A stretch of 64,000 nucleotides of DNA from Octopus bimaculoides (lineage: Eukaryota): contig NC_068991.1 of assembly GCF_001194135.2 (NCBI RefSeq), positions 154,494 through 218,493 of the forward strand, read 5' to 3'. The notes under the pieces are model-generated. The model was given only the letters and a program-made list of their open reading frames with translations, was not told the origin of the DNA and did not search any database. Both the position numbers and the translations under genes were made by a program. Position 1 is the first letter of the stretch, and every line of letters begins with the position of its first letter. Shown here piece after piece: positions 13,938 to 26,217 of the stretch.

Positions 13938-16900
13938 TATACACACACATGCAATAGAGTGAGTGAAGCTGATGCAATAAAAGACTAAATACAGTAGTGT
14001 TGTTCATTTATGTTCCTAAACTGTCCCCACACTCTGGTTTAAATCTTGCCCCACTGGACTATTGTTTTAAGCAGTGTCCATTTGGTTGCAAACATTTCGC
14101 AAACCGTCCAACCCATGCCAGCATGGAAAATGGACTTTAGATGATGACGATCTTTGGTATGAAGAGAATTTGCTCTCCCCTCCACTCACCTATGTGTAAG
14201 GTCTTAAAAAGGGTTACAGATCTACCTTGATTCCCCTCACTACACCATTATTAGTCAAAATATTGATAATTGTGCCAAACTAGGAAATTTACATTGATTG
14301 TACAACTGGTAACCATTAGCAACTAAGTTGCAATCAATACATTCAGTTAAGAAAATAATACCAAAAATCTACAAATCAGACACAAATAATTCCTAGCAAC
14401 CAGCACTGAGATTCATTTCTCTTCTCTGTGGATTAGTGTGCGTGCGTGCGTGCGTGCGTGTACATGTAAACATACATAAATGCTTGTTCATATGAAGGTA
14501 TGCTTAAATATATTTGTGAGTACACATGCCAATGTACAGAGCTGTATGGATGTGTTTGTGTTGTGTCCATTAAAAATTATTCCAACAATATGGCCGTAGC
14601 AGTAGAAGTTGGTTACCTGACACTGATTATTCCTAACAGACATACAACCTCAAATTTTGTGGTGAGAGAAAGTCCACAAGATCTACCCCAGTGTATGATG
14701 AATACAACTGGCAACTTGATTCAAACTGGATAGAAAGTAACTGAAGTAAAGAGAAGTCTGTCAATTTACTGATTTTGCTAACGAGGAAAATAATTGGCTA
14801 TGTAGTTAATGGGGGAACTGAGCCCACTAGAAACTCCAGCCAAATATCCCTCAATCACAGTATGTGATATGTGTTGGTGAAGGAATACTCACACACTATA
14901 GACCTTGATCATAAGTCTTTAAACCTTCTCGGTTCTGCCATTCCTTCAGGTTATTTTAATTCTTGTTTTACTTCTTTAATTTTCTTTTTCATTTTTTTCT
15001 ATTTGCTTTCATTTGTTTAGTTTTTATTCTTCAACATTTTTACATTCATACCAGCTTCCAAACACATGTGCAACTGCACACAAGCATGAACATATGCTTG
15101 TCACACTTCTGTATACATAGGTGTGTGTGTGTGTGTGTGTAGGTATGCATATATGTATGTAAAGTAGTGTGTGTGTGTGCATGGGAATTTATATGTAGGT
15201 ATGTGTGTCTTTCATAGAAATCTGTCAGAAGACGACTGTCAGTGATTGTGTTGGTGTCAGTTGGGCAATCACCTCGGATTTTGTGTCTGGACTTGTTTAA
15301 ATTGGTTTTAGTGTGAAAAGGAGCAACTTGTTTGATATGGCTGATACTCCGAGAAAGTCGGGCGCGCGTGCGTGCGTGTGTTGGTCTTACAATGAAGGGC
15401 ATCTGGCCATAGGAAATGGGCTCCAACAGCTTTCATCTAGGCCGGGTATGGGTAACCCTTTTCAGGAAGTGGGCTTCACTGCTAAAAAAAAATTGGTTTG
15501 CCATTCGGAAAGTACTATGGGTCACAAACTACCTCTCAGGTGAAGTTAGCCCATGACAGGCCAAAGCAATCACAAGATGGAAAAACAAACGTAAACCTGA
15601 ACAAAATATATCGGTCCTATTTGTGCAGGGTCCATTCTATCTTTCCCCTCCTTTCCTATATTGGCAGTCACCATTATTATAGTCAGTGTTTGCTTCTTTC
15701 ACCTTCACATCATCTCTCATTATTACCTCCTGGGTCACATTATCTTCAAAGTATGTAATACAGCACATAATATTGAGTACTGCTATCTCTCCTCTCTCTG
15801 CTATCTCTCGATATCTTTCTTTTGCCATCCATGCCTCTTGCACTAGGTAAAGACAAGACAAGACATGATATCAAGAGGACCCTTTAGTCTTGTCAACAAG
15901 ACTAAAGGGTCGAGAGCTGGTAGCATGGAAAAAATATACCCAGTCTACTTAGGTGCAAAGTGGTTGGGAAGGGTCTTCAGCTAGAGAAACCAAATCACAA
16001 CTGAAACACGTGAGCAAGATGTGATCCTCCAAACCAACTAAGCATGAAGAGTTTTCATATTTCTGCTGAGTCCGATTGTGGCAACCCATGTGAAATATGT
16101 CAGCACAGCAAATTGATGTAAAAAGATGGCAATCATGATGCTATGTAGGAAATCTAAATTTTGGAGGCAGAGGGAAAGAGTTTCACATAAAGGAAATCTG
16201 TTTCTTACTAGAGCTGTTATATTACTGAAGATTGTGTGTTTGGTTACATCTCGTGGTGGTGGTGGTGGAGGTGATAATGAGTAAATGTTTTAAATATAAA
16301 ATCAAAGTGCAAGTGAGAGGTACAAATTGTCATGAAAGAGACCAATTTAAAAAAGTAGAGTTTGCTACACACACAATTGCAGTGGGGTAGGGCCCATGAA
16401 AGTTGTTCTTATTCCCTCGAGACTCAACTTTCTGGTCCCTTCTACTTAATACATCACTGAAGATAAATACTTAAAAAAAACACTGGTCAGGCCTCAGCTT
16501 TTGTGTTCACACCATGTGTGTGTGCGTGTGTGTGCGCGCGCACACACACACACACACACAATGAGCACCTTGACACTGCATGTACAAAGCAAACTCTTCA
16601 CAGAATATTTAATATGTCATTAATCTCATTGAGTGTGAACTCCACCTCTCTCAGCCAAACAAGTATATAATTGTGTTTAGACAAAGTGTGTACTTGAAGT
16701 CTGAGAAAGACTGGTGAAACCAGGAATTTCTTAATTAAAGTCAGTTAAACATTTCATCAGTAATTGGGGTTCCTTACTAATAAGAATAGAATTTACACAC
16801 TTGCAGTATATTTATAATAAGGAGTGTCCACTGTAGATATGGTGGTGGTGGTGAACCTGAGTTAGGATCTCACCATTATGAAGTAACTTTATTATGTAAT

Positions 16901-19900
16901 GCGTCCTTCCTTTCTTGAAGCTACAGATTGATTTCTGGCAGATTTGGTCAACTTCAAACAATGACAATACCGTTTGCCTTCCATGGCCTATTTCTCTCTA
17001 TTGTTGCTATACTTAAGTGTCTATACAAGCACATAACACTGAGTGTACATATATATACACGCACAAACATATGTACATAGATGCACACATATCATCGTTA
17101 TTTTTGCCATGCTGGTGTAGATTGGACGAGACTTTAAGGAAGTACTCTACAAGATATCCTTCCTGGTGCCAACCGTTAACTTTTTTGTTCATTTTATTCT
17201 TGGTTTTCATAAAACAAACCACAGCCAGACATTTTGTTACAGAGGATGCAACATCACCACTGATGCCAAGCAGACTGTCCCCGTCCATCTCTGGGTTCAC
17301 ATACTCAACGCACTCCCTCCATCATTCTTCCCTTTTTTTCTCCCCACCAATCCCATTACTACCACTCCAGCACAGTTATCTCTGTCAGTCTCTCCATGAC
17401 AATCTTCTTGCAATCTTTGCCATCCATGATGTGGGGGCAGGGGGATCTTGTGTGTTGCAAGCTGTGACTCCCAACAGTGTTCGTGCCACAGACAGTAAAG
17501 CAATTTTTGTGCTGCTTCCACGAAAATATGTACCCAACACACCATGTAAAGTGGTTGGGGTTAGGATGGGAACCCAGTTATAGAAACCACATCAGAATGA
17601 GATACTGGAGCAGATGTGACCCATTGCAACCTGTTAAACTATTCACCCCACGCTAGCATGGAAAAAGAACATAGAATGATGATGATGATGATGATATTGT
17701 GAATGTAAGAAATATTGAAAAAGTCAAATAAAGATAAGAAAGTATGTTTGTAATGAAAGGCACAAAGTTGTCAGTCACAGAAAAGTGTTGAGGTCAATAG
17801 AAAGACATAAAGTGGTTCACACCAGAAATCCTGTTTCTATGACGACAGCAATAAATTTCTTTAGAAACAATAACATTTCACAAGTAAAGGAGGAGGAGCG
17901 GTTTAGTAATTTTGTATAAAGTTGACATTGGGGGAAATTGGTGATAAAGTAAACTGGTTGTAATTTTATTGATCGTCCCTGCCCCTACCCCGTCAGGGTG
18001 TGCTGGAAATTCTTTTATGGATGTTGTAGAAAACAGATTAAGTTTAACTTTCATTATTTATTGATTATTGTTTGAATATTTCTCTGAAAGTCACATCATG
18101 ACTGGACTGTCTTTACAGTGTTGTTTAAATACAATTTAATAATTAACTTTTTTTTAAAAGCAGCCAGAATTGTTAGCATACTGAGCAAAATGCTTAACAA
18201 GACTATTTTAAGAATTTTGCTTTACCTAACTGCAAAACAAAAAAAAATTTCTTGAAAAGTTACATGAATGCAGCTTCCTGACCAATGAGGAGAGTTATCT
18301 TATCTGCTGAAAGTTATTCAGAAAAACATTGACCCCTATCAAGTGTAATCTAAATATTCTGTATTAACCATTTCTATAAAATAACTCCTCACAGTCATTG
18401 TTTTAAATGTCAACTTCTCCAAACTGGCATCAATTAGTCATCTTGATTCTGTGAAGCCAAACCATTTTATTGCTTATCTTCTTCTCAGTGTTAACATACG
18501 CCAGTCAATGAGACTCGTTCACATGTGCACACTGATGCAACTGGCCTCCCCCATCCATTCACGTATGCATGAGTGTGTCTCTCTTTGTCTTGATCTTGCA
18601 TGATAGCTGTAAACAAGTGCCACTGCCATACAGTGGCATGGGGAATATTACCTTACTTAGAAACAGGTTGAAATACATGGCAACAGAAAGGACATCTGTC
18701 TATAGAAAATCTGCCTCAACAAATTTTGTCTAGAAAAGAGAACATTGAAACAATGACAATATCAATTGGTGCCCTTTAATACCTGGTCACTCTTTCAGCT
18801 CACTTTTGTCCTCTATGTTTTAGACAAGTTATTGTTACGCAACCATTATATCAGACATTTCTCATTGTTCTCCACTTTTCAAAGAACTTCTTTCGTCAAC
18901 AGCCATACTTCACTCCTTCTACCTCCACTTTTTGGATCTAAACTCCAAAAGGAGTAAGAAGGAAATGGTACAACAACAGACAAGAGTGGAACTATTTAAA
19001 CAGTGTAACCATATAAAGTCTGCTAGATAGAGAAGCAATGAGGAAAGTCTATATTGAATTGCTTATAGAGATATAGTAACCTCCATAGCAAAGTAAAATT
19101 GTCAAAGTGAAGAATGAAACAATGATGATTCTCATTAATGGAAGTTTCTCATTAACTTTAGTTAACTAAACTTTCAATGGATAGTGACAAAACAAAAGTC
19201 CAACAAAACTTGTTTCTGCATAGGTAAAAGATGAAATTATTCAGAATGAAGAGAATTCTATGATTTGAAGTAAAGTCCTGCTTTGAAAAAAAAAAATTCA
19301 AATATGTCAGAAAATTCAGATGATTTCCAACACGTGTCTTTATGCCATGCACTTCTATTTTCGGAAGTTTTATGAGAAAATGTTTGCATTACCAATTGCC
19401 ATTGACATCATTTCAACAAAACAAAAAGGTGAGAGTTTCTCCCATCCCACTGATCCAATTTGTCACACACATTAATTAACTGTCAATCGTTTAATACGAA
19501 TGTACTGAGTTGAGTTGGTTATCAAGAGAATATCTAATGACTAAGTTATTTGGATATTTTAAATCTACTAAATGAAAATTGTGTCAGCGTATTCTCACAA
19601 ACAGGGCATGTGACACCGTTGTCACATGTCTCATTCTAGTTCTGACGAGAGACAAGAAAATAGATTTTTTTAAAATCATTTCTTTTTTTTAAATATCACT
19701 AATCAGTAAATGATAACATTTATATCTTAGATATCTTCACCATTAAAATGTGTAGATTAGTTTGCTGATAGTTTTTCATTTAAAATTAACAAAGTCCTTG
19801 ATTAACAAGTAAATTACAAATTAACATGACAACATACTGACCACAGACATGGTGCCATATGACAAGAAGAGCTTTCGTTCTATGGAGTTGCTGTCAATTA

Positions 19901-22900
19901 GCAGTGGTTAGGCTAACTTCTCTCAGCTGTTTCACCACCACTCAGTTGAGAGTCTGAGTCTTGTAAATTGCTTCGTAATCTCACTGCTGCCATGTACACA
20001 CTAAAGTATTTGGCATTAAGAAGGGCATTCAGCCATAGAAACCATGTAAAAGTTGACACTAGAGCTTGGCACAGTCTTCTGACTTAACCATCACTTGTCA
20101 AACCGTCCAACCCATGCCAACATGGACAAAGGCCACTAAATGACAATGATATATATATATATATATAATGCACACACACACACACACACAACTTCTTTCA
20201 CTTTCTGTCTATTAAATCCACTTACTGCAACATTTTCCTTAAAAATAAAAATAAAAACCTTTCAATGCAGAACAAATATATACAACACAACTTTTAACTT
20301 TTTTTTTTTTAATATTAAAACTTTTCTGTTATATTTTAAGGTTAACCCAAAATTGTTTCTCTTTCTGTGTGAATTATTAAATCATTGAAAGCCTGTATTT
20401 ATGAACTCTTAGAAGTGACATGTGCTCTGCAGCTACATTGACTTATTGTACAACTTATACTGATAGAGGTCAACACTTGCAGTATTAGTTTGTCGGTCAT
20501 CGACAATGACCAAGGACATCACATGGGAGGAGAAGACTAGGCCTAGTATCCAGCTGTGACCAATAAGTCCATTGCATGCTCTGAAAGCTCAGCCACAGGT
20601 CAAGTATTGGTAGTCTACAGGGACTGAAGGCCAGCAGTTGGTTGTGGACTTGTATAATAATTCACATTTTCTTTGTGACTCTGCTATTTTATTCTGTTCA
20701 TAGGTAGGCTTGTGGCCTGACATTTTCTTCTCCTCTGCATCCCCCCCCCCCAAAGGCCAGTTTCATCATAGTTGTGCAGCAATGCACCCCTTGACTGCAA
20801 TGAGCTGAGGGAATTCACACACAAAAAGCCTCATCAATTGCCTTCATGTCACAGCTCACTGCTTCTCCATCCCTGACGATGCTATGGACACCAGTCCTCT
20901 TCTTGAAATTATTGAACCAGCAGTGACTAGCCTTAAATGTGTCTGCTCATGGTCTCCTCTTTCAAGGTTCCAGAGTTCTGCATCAAGAGATCCCCATACA
21001 GCTCTCGTGCTTTCTTGCAGATGATGGTCTCCGTAATCATATCCCCTACGAGTTGCTTCTCCCTGATCTACAGATGCAATTTTTCCATCTTTTTGTGGAC
21101 AAATAATGTGTGTTGCTTGGAGAGTCCACAGGACACTCTTTGCCGTTGGAACAGACTTGATCTCATCGTTGCTCTTTAGGATGGTGCAGATCGTTGATGT
21201 GCTTTGGTTGTATTGACATGCTGTGTCCACTACAAGCACTCCTCTCTCGTGCTTATCAAGGATTTCCTTCTTCAATTCTATCGTAATCAGCTTTTTCTTC
21301 TTCCCAGCACTCTGCTTTGCACTAACCTTAAGATCACCTAAAGATACGCATACATACATAGAGAGAGGGGGAGGGGAGGGGAAGGTGGGAGTCAACAGAT
21401 GGAATCCAGAGATGCTCAATGTAGAAAACACTTAGTTGTGCTCAACTGATTTGAACTCGCACTCTTAAAACCTTTATTGAGGACCGAGTCCACAGGGTAA
21501 AGAGTGGCTACAAGAGGAATTCAGGTGAGCAGATGTGGAGATAATGATGCTAATAAACAAAATTGCTTGGGTTAGATATACAAAATATACATTACATGAA
21601 AATAGGGAGAAAGTGAAGACTGCATTCTGATTTGAAATGATGGATATTTATCTCTCCACCCTGAAGACCGAGGCCAGATCTACCCAATGCATATAGGGTT
21701 TCACTACTGGCTGCATATATGTTTGTAAACAAGATCTGCCAACATCATGAAGTAATCCCAAATACCCAGGAACTGCTGTACTCTGTAAGTTTGCTCTGTT
21801 AATAGAGAAATATCTATGACTCGTGGGCATACAGTATTTTGTTATGCAACCACACGGTACAAAATATATTAAGTGTTTATATAAGTCAATACTATTGTGT
21901 TAGTAGTGCTCTTGAATCACAGGTTGAGGTCATCTTCACAGATTTTCTATAGAAATTATAGCTAGCACTGATTTTCCTAACAAAAATCAGTGCTGGTTAG
22001 AATTTCTATAGAAAATCTGTCGAGATGACCTTAACATGAGATATATCTCTATGTTTATGCATGAACATTCATCGTCTGAAAATTTTCAATCTTTGCTTTC
22101 TTTATATTTGCATGTATGTAGATTTCATATGTTCTAACCCAAGTAGTTGTATTTGTTTATTTGCATCATTCTCTCTCTTTCACACACACACACATGAAGG
22201 AGTGCTGAAAAGTTCATGGCTTTAGGTAAAAGAAAATACAGGAGGATCAGTAATTTATGATTTTATTGAACATATTCCCCTCTCAGATTCACACACTTAT
22301 TGCAGAGGTCCTTCAGATTTTCTAAGCCCTGTAAAAGAACTTGGAAGGCTGGACCTCAAACCAGGCCTTTCATGATACCCTTTAAGCCAGGAACTCATAT
22401 ATGACGCATTCCTGTAGAATAGAGTTGGAAATTATCTAGTGAGCCAAAATCCGTGATATTTCTTTGGATATATGTGTGTTTTAAATATTGTAGATTGCAA
22501 TTTTGCCCAAAGAATATTGGGATGGGGGGGGACCCCTCCCCTTCTTCCCCCGTCTCGACGTCAATTTCCAGTGTAAACTTTCGGAAATTTTTTTAGATGT
22601 ATGCTTAAGAAATAGTTACGCATATTTTTGAAGGACATTATATTTCCAACAAAAAAAATCTGAGAATTCCGAAAGTCAAACTGAAAAATTACGGAAAGAG
22701 GTAAGAATAGGGTGAGGGTTGCAAAAATCCTCGTTATTTTGAGGAATAATATACGAGTTCAAAACACGTCTGAAGAAATCACGGTTTTTGGCGCATCAGT
22801 TAGCTGCTAGGAACATCTGTCTATCAGACAGATAGATAGAGGTAAATTTTTACAAATGCATACATAGATAGATAGATAAATGTCACTGATCGCAAGATTG

Positions 22901-23463
22901 CTTCTATATGCTAACATTAGGCTTGATTCTGTGAAGCCAGGGTAAAAAGTACCTCATATTATATCGAACAAGGTTTTCTAAAACTACAAACAACCTTGTA
23001 AACGAGAGGAAATGTGAAGTTAGGACCAGAATGCCTTGTCCAACAACCGTGTGTAATGGAAGGGAAATAGTTAATAGACCTGTTAAAACAAACCCAAGTC
23101 AGAAGATAGTTTGACATCCATCTTGACCAAAGATTATAAATGATGAAACTATTTTCAGGTAAGAATCGAAACCGGATTCTGGATTATGGTTCGTTAAGAA
23201 TATTTGCGTCACAACCTATTCATTTGTTTACAAAAGAACAAGGATGAGCGAAAGGTAAAAACATAGTCATTGGAAAATGTGACAAATTAAATGAAATTTC
23301 TTGAATAGGGAGGACAAAACATAATAAAGCGACACGAAATAATTTGGAAGGATTTGAAGTGACAAAATCGAATAAAATAAGAAGAAATGAACTTACAACC
23401 AGTTTCTGATGAAATTTCTTCTATTTCTTCATGTTGAAGTAACCTCGAAGTACGTGCTCCCAT
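5091..23463 (-). CDS. CHP1: Calcineurin B homologous protein 1, 190 aa; complement(join(5091..5144,6350..6430,6926..7029,7895..8007,9030..9110,10188..10260,23397..23463))
   Basis: Seven GT-AG exons (67+73+81+113+104+81+54 = 573 nt) splice in phase to MGARTSRLLQHEEIEEISSETGFSANQISRLYSRFTNLDKNNNGVLCREDFLRIPELAINPLGDRIVHSFFQESNEETVNFRQFMRVLARFRPTKTKLERNKLNSREEKLRFAFKMYDLDGDSKISREELLAVLHMMVGTNISEDQLESIADRTIAEADTDGDRHISFSEFQTVMELVDVEQKMSIRFLH. Has the CHP1 hallmarks RIPELAINPLGDRI and the C-terminus VDVEQKMSIRFLH, an MGxxxS myristoylation motif, and canonical EF3/EF4 loops. Confidence 0.97.
5395..6300 (+). mobile_element. Decayed mariner (Tc1/mariner) transposase in the last CHP1 intron
   Basis: Broken frames give IDKSNMHQW (HTH), KWVP*QLT, ATGDETWVYLYDPE and a YSPDLAP-like region near 6170-6240. 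Interrupted by a gap at 5540-5760. Confidence 0.85.
6350..6430 (-). CDS. CHP1: CHP1 coding exon 6, EF-hand 4 (LESIADRTIAEADTDGDRHISFSEFQT)
   Basis: ttcttgtag| acceptor, |gtaagt donor, 81 nt; EF loop DTDGDRHISFSE. Confidence 0.96.
6926..7029 (-). CDS. CHP1: CHP1 coding exon 5, EF-hand 3 (FAFKMYDLDGDSKISREELLAVLHMMVGTNISEDQ)
   Basis: tctctttcag| acceptor, |gtaaga donor, 104 nt; EF loop DLDGDSKISREE. Confidence 0.96.
7328..7642 (+). mobile_element. tRNA-derived SINE, near full length
   Basis: A-box-like TGTCCCAGTGA and B-box-like GTTTCGATTCC head. The 3' part (cagccttgtcacact, ctcagccacttgca) is shared in reverse with the element at 47075-47310. Confidence 0.75.
7895..8007 (-). CDS. CHP1: CHP1 coding exon 4 (NEETVNFRQFMRVLARFRPTKTKLERNKLNSREEKLR)
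   Basis: tgtttgtag| acceptor, |gtgagt donor, 113 nt. Confidence 0.95.
8230..8870 (+). mobile_element. Degraded RTE-type LINE ORF2 fragment
   Basis: Remnant peptides QNLESKSL-ENLGKTKV and VILHGSEMWTLKV match RTE post-RT motifs (L.VN..KTKV; LLYG.ETW). Many stops. Confidence 0.5.
9030..9110 (-). CDS. CHP1: CHP1 coding exon 3 (REDFLRIPELAINPLGDRIVHSFFQE)
   Basis: ttcttcag| acceptor, |gtaagc donor, 81 nt. Confidence 0.96.
10188..10260 (-). CDS. CHP1: CHP1 coding exon 2 (FSANQISRLYSRFTNLDKNNNGVL)
   Basis: ctattccag| acceptor, |gtaagt donor, 73 nt. Confidence 0.95.
13472..13770 (-). mobile_element. Copy of the abundant (GAT)n-tailed repeat (family A), antisense, in CHP1 intron 1
   Basis: catcatcatcc-tttaacgtctgttttccatgctggcatgggtt...ctacagctggatgccctt matches the reverse of 44765-45160. 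Confidence 0.85.
17470..17697 (+). mobile_element. Family A (GAT)n-tailed repeat, sense; an antisense fragment lies at 17091-17175
   Basis: Ends gctagcatggaaaaagaacatagaatgatgatgatgatg. Confidence 0.75.
20855..21345 (-). pseudogene. Tigger/pogo-family transposase N-terminal remnant (CENP-B-type HTH domains)
   Basis: KKKKLITIELKKEILDKHERG..STICTILK, then across frameshifts IREKQLVGDMITETIICKKARELYGDL and FKASHCWFNNFKKRTGVHSIVRDGEA, the Tigger signature FKAS.GWF..FK.R. Confidence 0.88.
21916..22042. repeat. 127-bp fold-back (60-bp arms, short loop), MITE-like
   Basis: Left arm vs reverse complement of right arm: 8 mismatches in 60 nt, counted by eye. Confidence 0.85.
22195..22395. mobile_element. 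Short mariner-derived non-autonomous element (MITE)
   Basis: Begins gaaggagtgctgaaaagttcatggctt and ends aagccaggaact (inverted ends). A related end occurs at about 52180. Confidence 0.45.
23397..23463 (-). CDS. CHP1: CHP1 coding exon 1 (MGARTSRLLQHEEIEEISSETG)
   Basis: ATG at 23463; phase-1 donor GGT T|gtaagt. Confidence 0.93.
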
Positions 23464-23715
23464 TTTGGGGGAAATTTAGTTTAATTGAAATGTGTTGTGG
23501 GGGGGTGGTTTCACAGTAATTATTGGAGATATTCAATTAATTAAAACTATTAGTTTTAATTAATCAAGTCAACCAAAAAAGGTGTCAGAAATAGTGACAG
23601 TATTAAGTGTTCAATTTTAAAACATACAAAACGGCAGAGAGAGACTTGATTACTTCGTGTGGCCAACTGGAATCTAGAAATGATAGCAAGGAAATCCTAC
23701 AACCATTATAAACAC

Positions 23716-23990
23716 TTTCTTTCCTCTCACCCTGTCTCCTTTTCTCTCTCTTTCTTCCTTTCCTCTCACCCTGTCTCCTTTTCTCTCTCTTTCTTCCTTT
23801 CCTCTCACCCTGTCTCTTTTTTCTCTCTTTCTTCCTCTCCTCTCACCCTGTCTCCTTTTATCTCTCTTTCTTCCTCTCCTCTCAGCCTGTCTCCTTTTAT
23901 CTCTCTTTCTTCCTCTCCTCTCACCCTGTCTCCTTGTTTCTCTCTTTCTTCCTTTCCTCTCACCCTGTCTCCTTTTCTCTCTCTTTATTC
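23716..23990. repeat. 39-bp pyrimidine-rich minisatellite (~7 units) opening a ~720-bp polypyrimidine tract (to ~24440)
   Basis: Unit TCTTTCTTCCTTTCCTCTCACCCTGTCTCCTTTTCTCTC; visible as a 13-aa period in ORF 23659..24048. Confidence 0.85.
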
Positions 23991-24799
23991 CTCTTTCTCC
24001 GCCGTATTCCGCCTCTCCCTCTTCCTCTTGTACGATTTAATTATTTGACCCTTCTTCTCTTTCTCTCGCACTCTCTATTTCTCTACCCACTTCTATATTT
24101 CTATCACCTCTTCCTCTCCCATTATGCTTTCTCTATTTTCCCCCCACTTTCTCTCTTACATTACTTTCCTTTCTCCTCACTTACATAAAATATTTCTAAC
24201 CCATCCCCCCCTCTCTCTCAGACAATCATCTACCACCTCCTCTTATTCTCTTTGATACTTATCACTATTACTCTCTTCCTTTCTATTCCCCTCTCTTATT
24301 ATATCTTCTCCTCCTCCTCCTCCTCCTCCTCCTCCTCTCCTTGTTTACTCTCCCTTTCATCTCACTTTATACTTTTCTTTTCTCACTTTACTCTACTCCC
24401 TCCCTCACTCCGCATCCTTCTTATCTACTCCCCTTCTCCCCCCCCCTATTTACTGGAGTTATTGTTCAATTTTGCATAGTTTCGTATTCATGTTGGTACG
24501 TTCGAAATATTTCAATATTTTACAACAAATTTTTTTAATGACATTAATTTAAAAATGATTTTTATTTGTCTTAAATTAAAATGAGGTAAAAATATCATAC
24601 AACATTACATGAAACCTACACGAGTGTTGGTGACTTCTGAAGGATTTGATCTTAGATCCTGCCAGCAACTGTTTCTCATGGATCGACTTAGATAAACACG
24701 GCTTGTTGTCGGGTTTGTATTAAATTATTTATCTATTATTTCTTAATATGTGTTGTAGCTGTGACGGACTGGTGTCTAGGTACGAAAAGGTTATCTCTC

Positions 24800-25400
24800 A
24801 CCCTTTTAACTTAACGATACTTAATTGATATTTCAACGAATTGACGGGTTTTGCACGCACTTGCACCATCGTTGGGTCCGCAATCGACATGTCAACCCCA
24901 TCCTCGCCAAGCCACAGCCCAATGTCTCTTAAGTCAAATGTTTTCTCTGTTCCTACGAAGAATAAAATAGATATTATGCTGGTTTAATCTGAAAAAATCT
25001 CAATGAAATAAATAAACTGCCCAAATCAAAGCAGCCCTAATCTCTGTTTACTCACATTTCGGCAATTCGCCTACTTCTCTCAAACTCGTTTTCCCTAATT
25101 CATAAATGTCACAATATACCGATTGTCCTTTTTCTATAAAACAAACACCAGCACTGTGTCCATAAAAACTAGAAACCTGTTAAACTGTGTTGGTTTGTTT
25201 ATTCAAAGGTTAAAGAGGACATCGTTGCTGTTAGTGGTAACCTTCCTGTCTTCATCTACATCTGTTATTGCTGTTAGCTTTCACTGAAACTAATATAATC
25301 TCCGCTTGTCCCAAGGTGGGTGTTTGGGGACAAAAGGGATCACACCTCACCGAACTAAAGTCAAAGATAAACAAGTAATCGGCATTGGATGAATGAGTGT
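24800..25400. promoter_or_regulatory. Putative bidirectional promoter of CHP1 and NDUFAF1
   Basis: CpG-retaining region between divergent genes. Minus-strand donor AAT|gtgagt at 25055 and plus-strand donor CAAG|gtgggt at 25316 face outward. Matching acceptors at 23674 (minus) and 27174 (plus) lie upstream of each ATG. Confidence 0.45.
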
Positions 25401-26177
25401 TTTTTGTTGCATCAATAAGCTGAAATATGTGTAATGCTGTCGATATATATATATATATATATACCGTTTACTTGTTTCAATCATAAGACTGGGTCTCCTC
25501 CAAATCGATCCCAGTACGTATTTTTAAAGTCTGGTATTTGTTCTATCGGTGTTCACTTGCCGAACCGCTAATGTATCGAAACGTACCAACCAGAACAGCT
25601 TTTCAAGCAGTGGTGAGGAACAAACACGAACACAAAGATGCACAGAGACATGTACATGAATGCTCACACGCATTCATGTATATACATACGCACGCACACA
25701 CACACATACACGAGGGACTTCTTTCAGCTTTTGTCTACCGAGCCCACTCTTAAAGCTTTGATCAGCCCAGGACTATAGTGCCACACAGTGGGACTGAACC
25801 TGAAACCATGTAGTTGGGAAGCAAATTTGTTACCGCACAGCCATGCCTGATATGTTTACTTTGCAATGTTTGACTCCTTGCAGCTCTCAATTCAAATACT
25901 GCAAAGGTCAACTTTGCATTTCATCCTTTTGGAGTCAATAAAGTAGAGTACCAGTCTTGTACTGAGGTTAGTTCTTCCCTTTCTATTTGTCTATTTCTGG
26001 AAGATATTGGTTCTGGTCAGACCTGGAAGAGGATAGGCTAAAAAAATGCCCCAAATTAATTGTAGCAGCAGGACCCAATGACTAGCATGGCATGGTAGGC
26101 TGCAAGTAGCAAGCCTGCTACGTATGCAAGACTCCAGGAGTTCCAACAAAACCTGAGATAAAAAGAAAAAGAACAAC

Positions 26178-26217
<40 letters not shown>

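Noticed and set aside
22445-22790. Degenerate long inverted repeat (ccgtgatatttcttt ... aagaaatcacgg)
   Set aside because: Arms are too diverged to define ends; probably an old MITE, but unsupported.
24790-24895. Minus-strand ORF MSIADPTMVQVRAKPVNSLKYQLSIVKLK ending at a gtgaga donor, as an alternative CHP1 first coding exon
   Set aside because: The phase-2 donor is incompatible with the phase-1 acceptor of CHP1 exon 2, and it would remove the myristoylation motif. At most a UTR exon or uORF.
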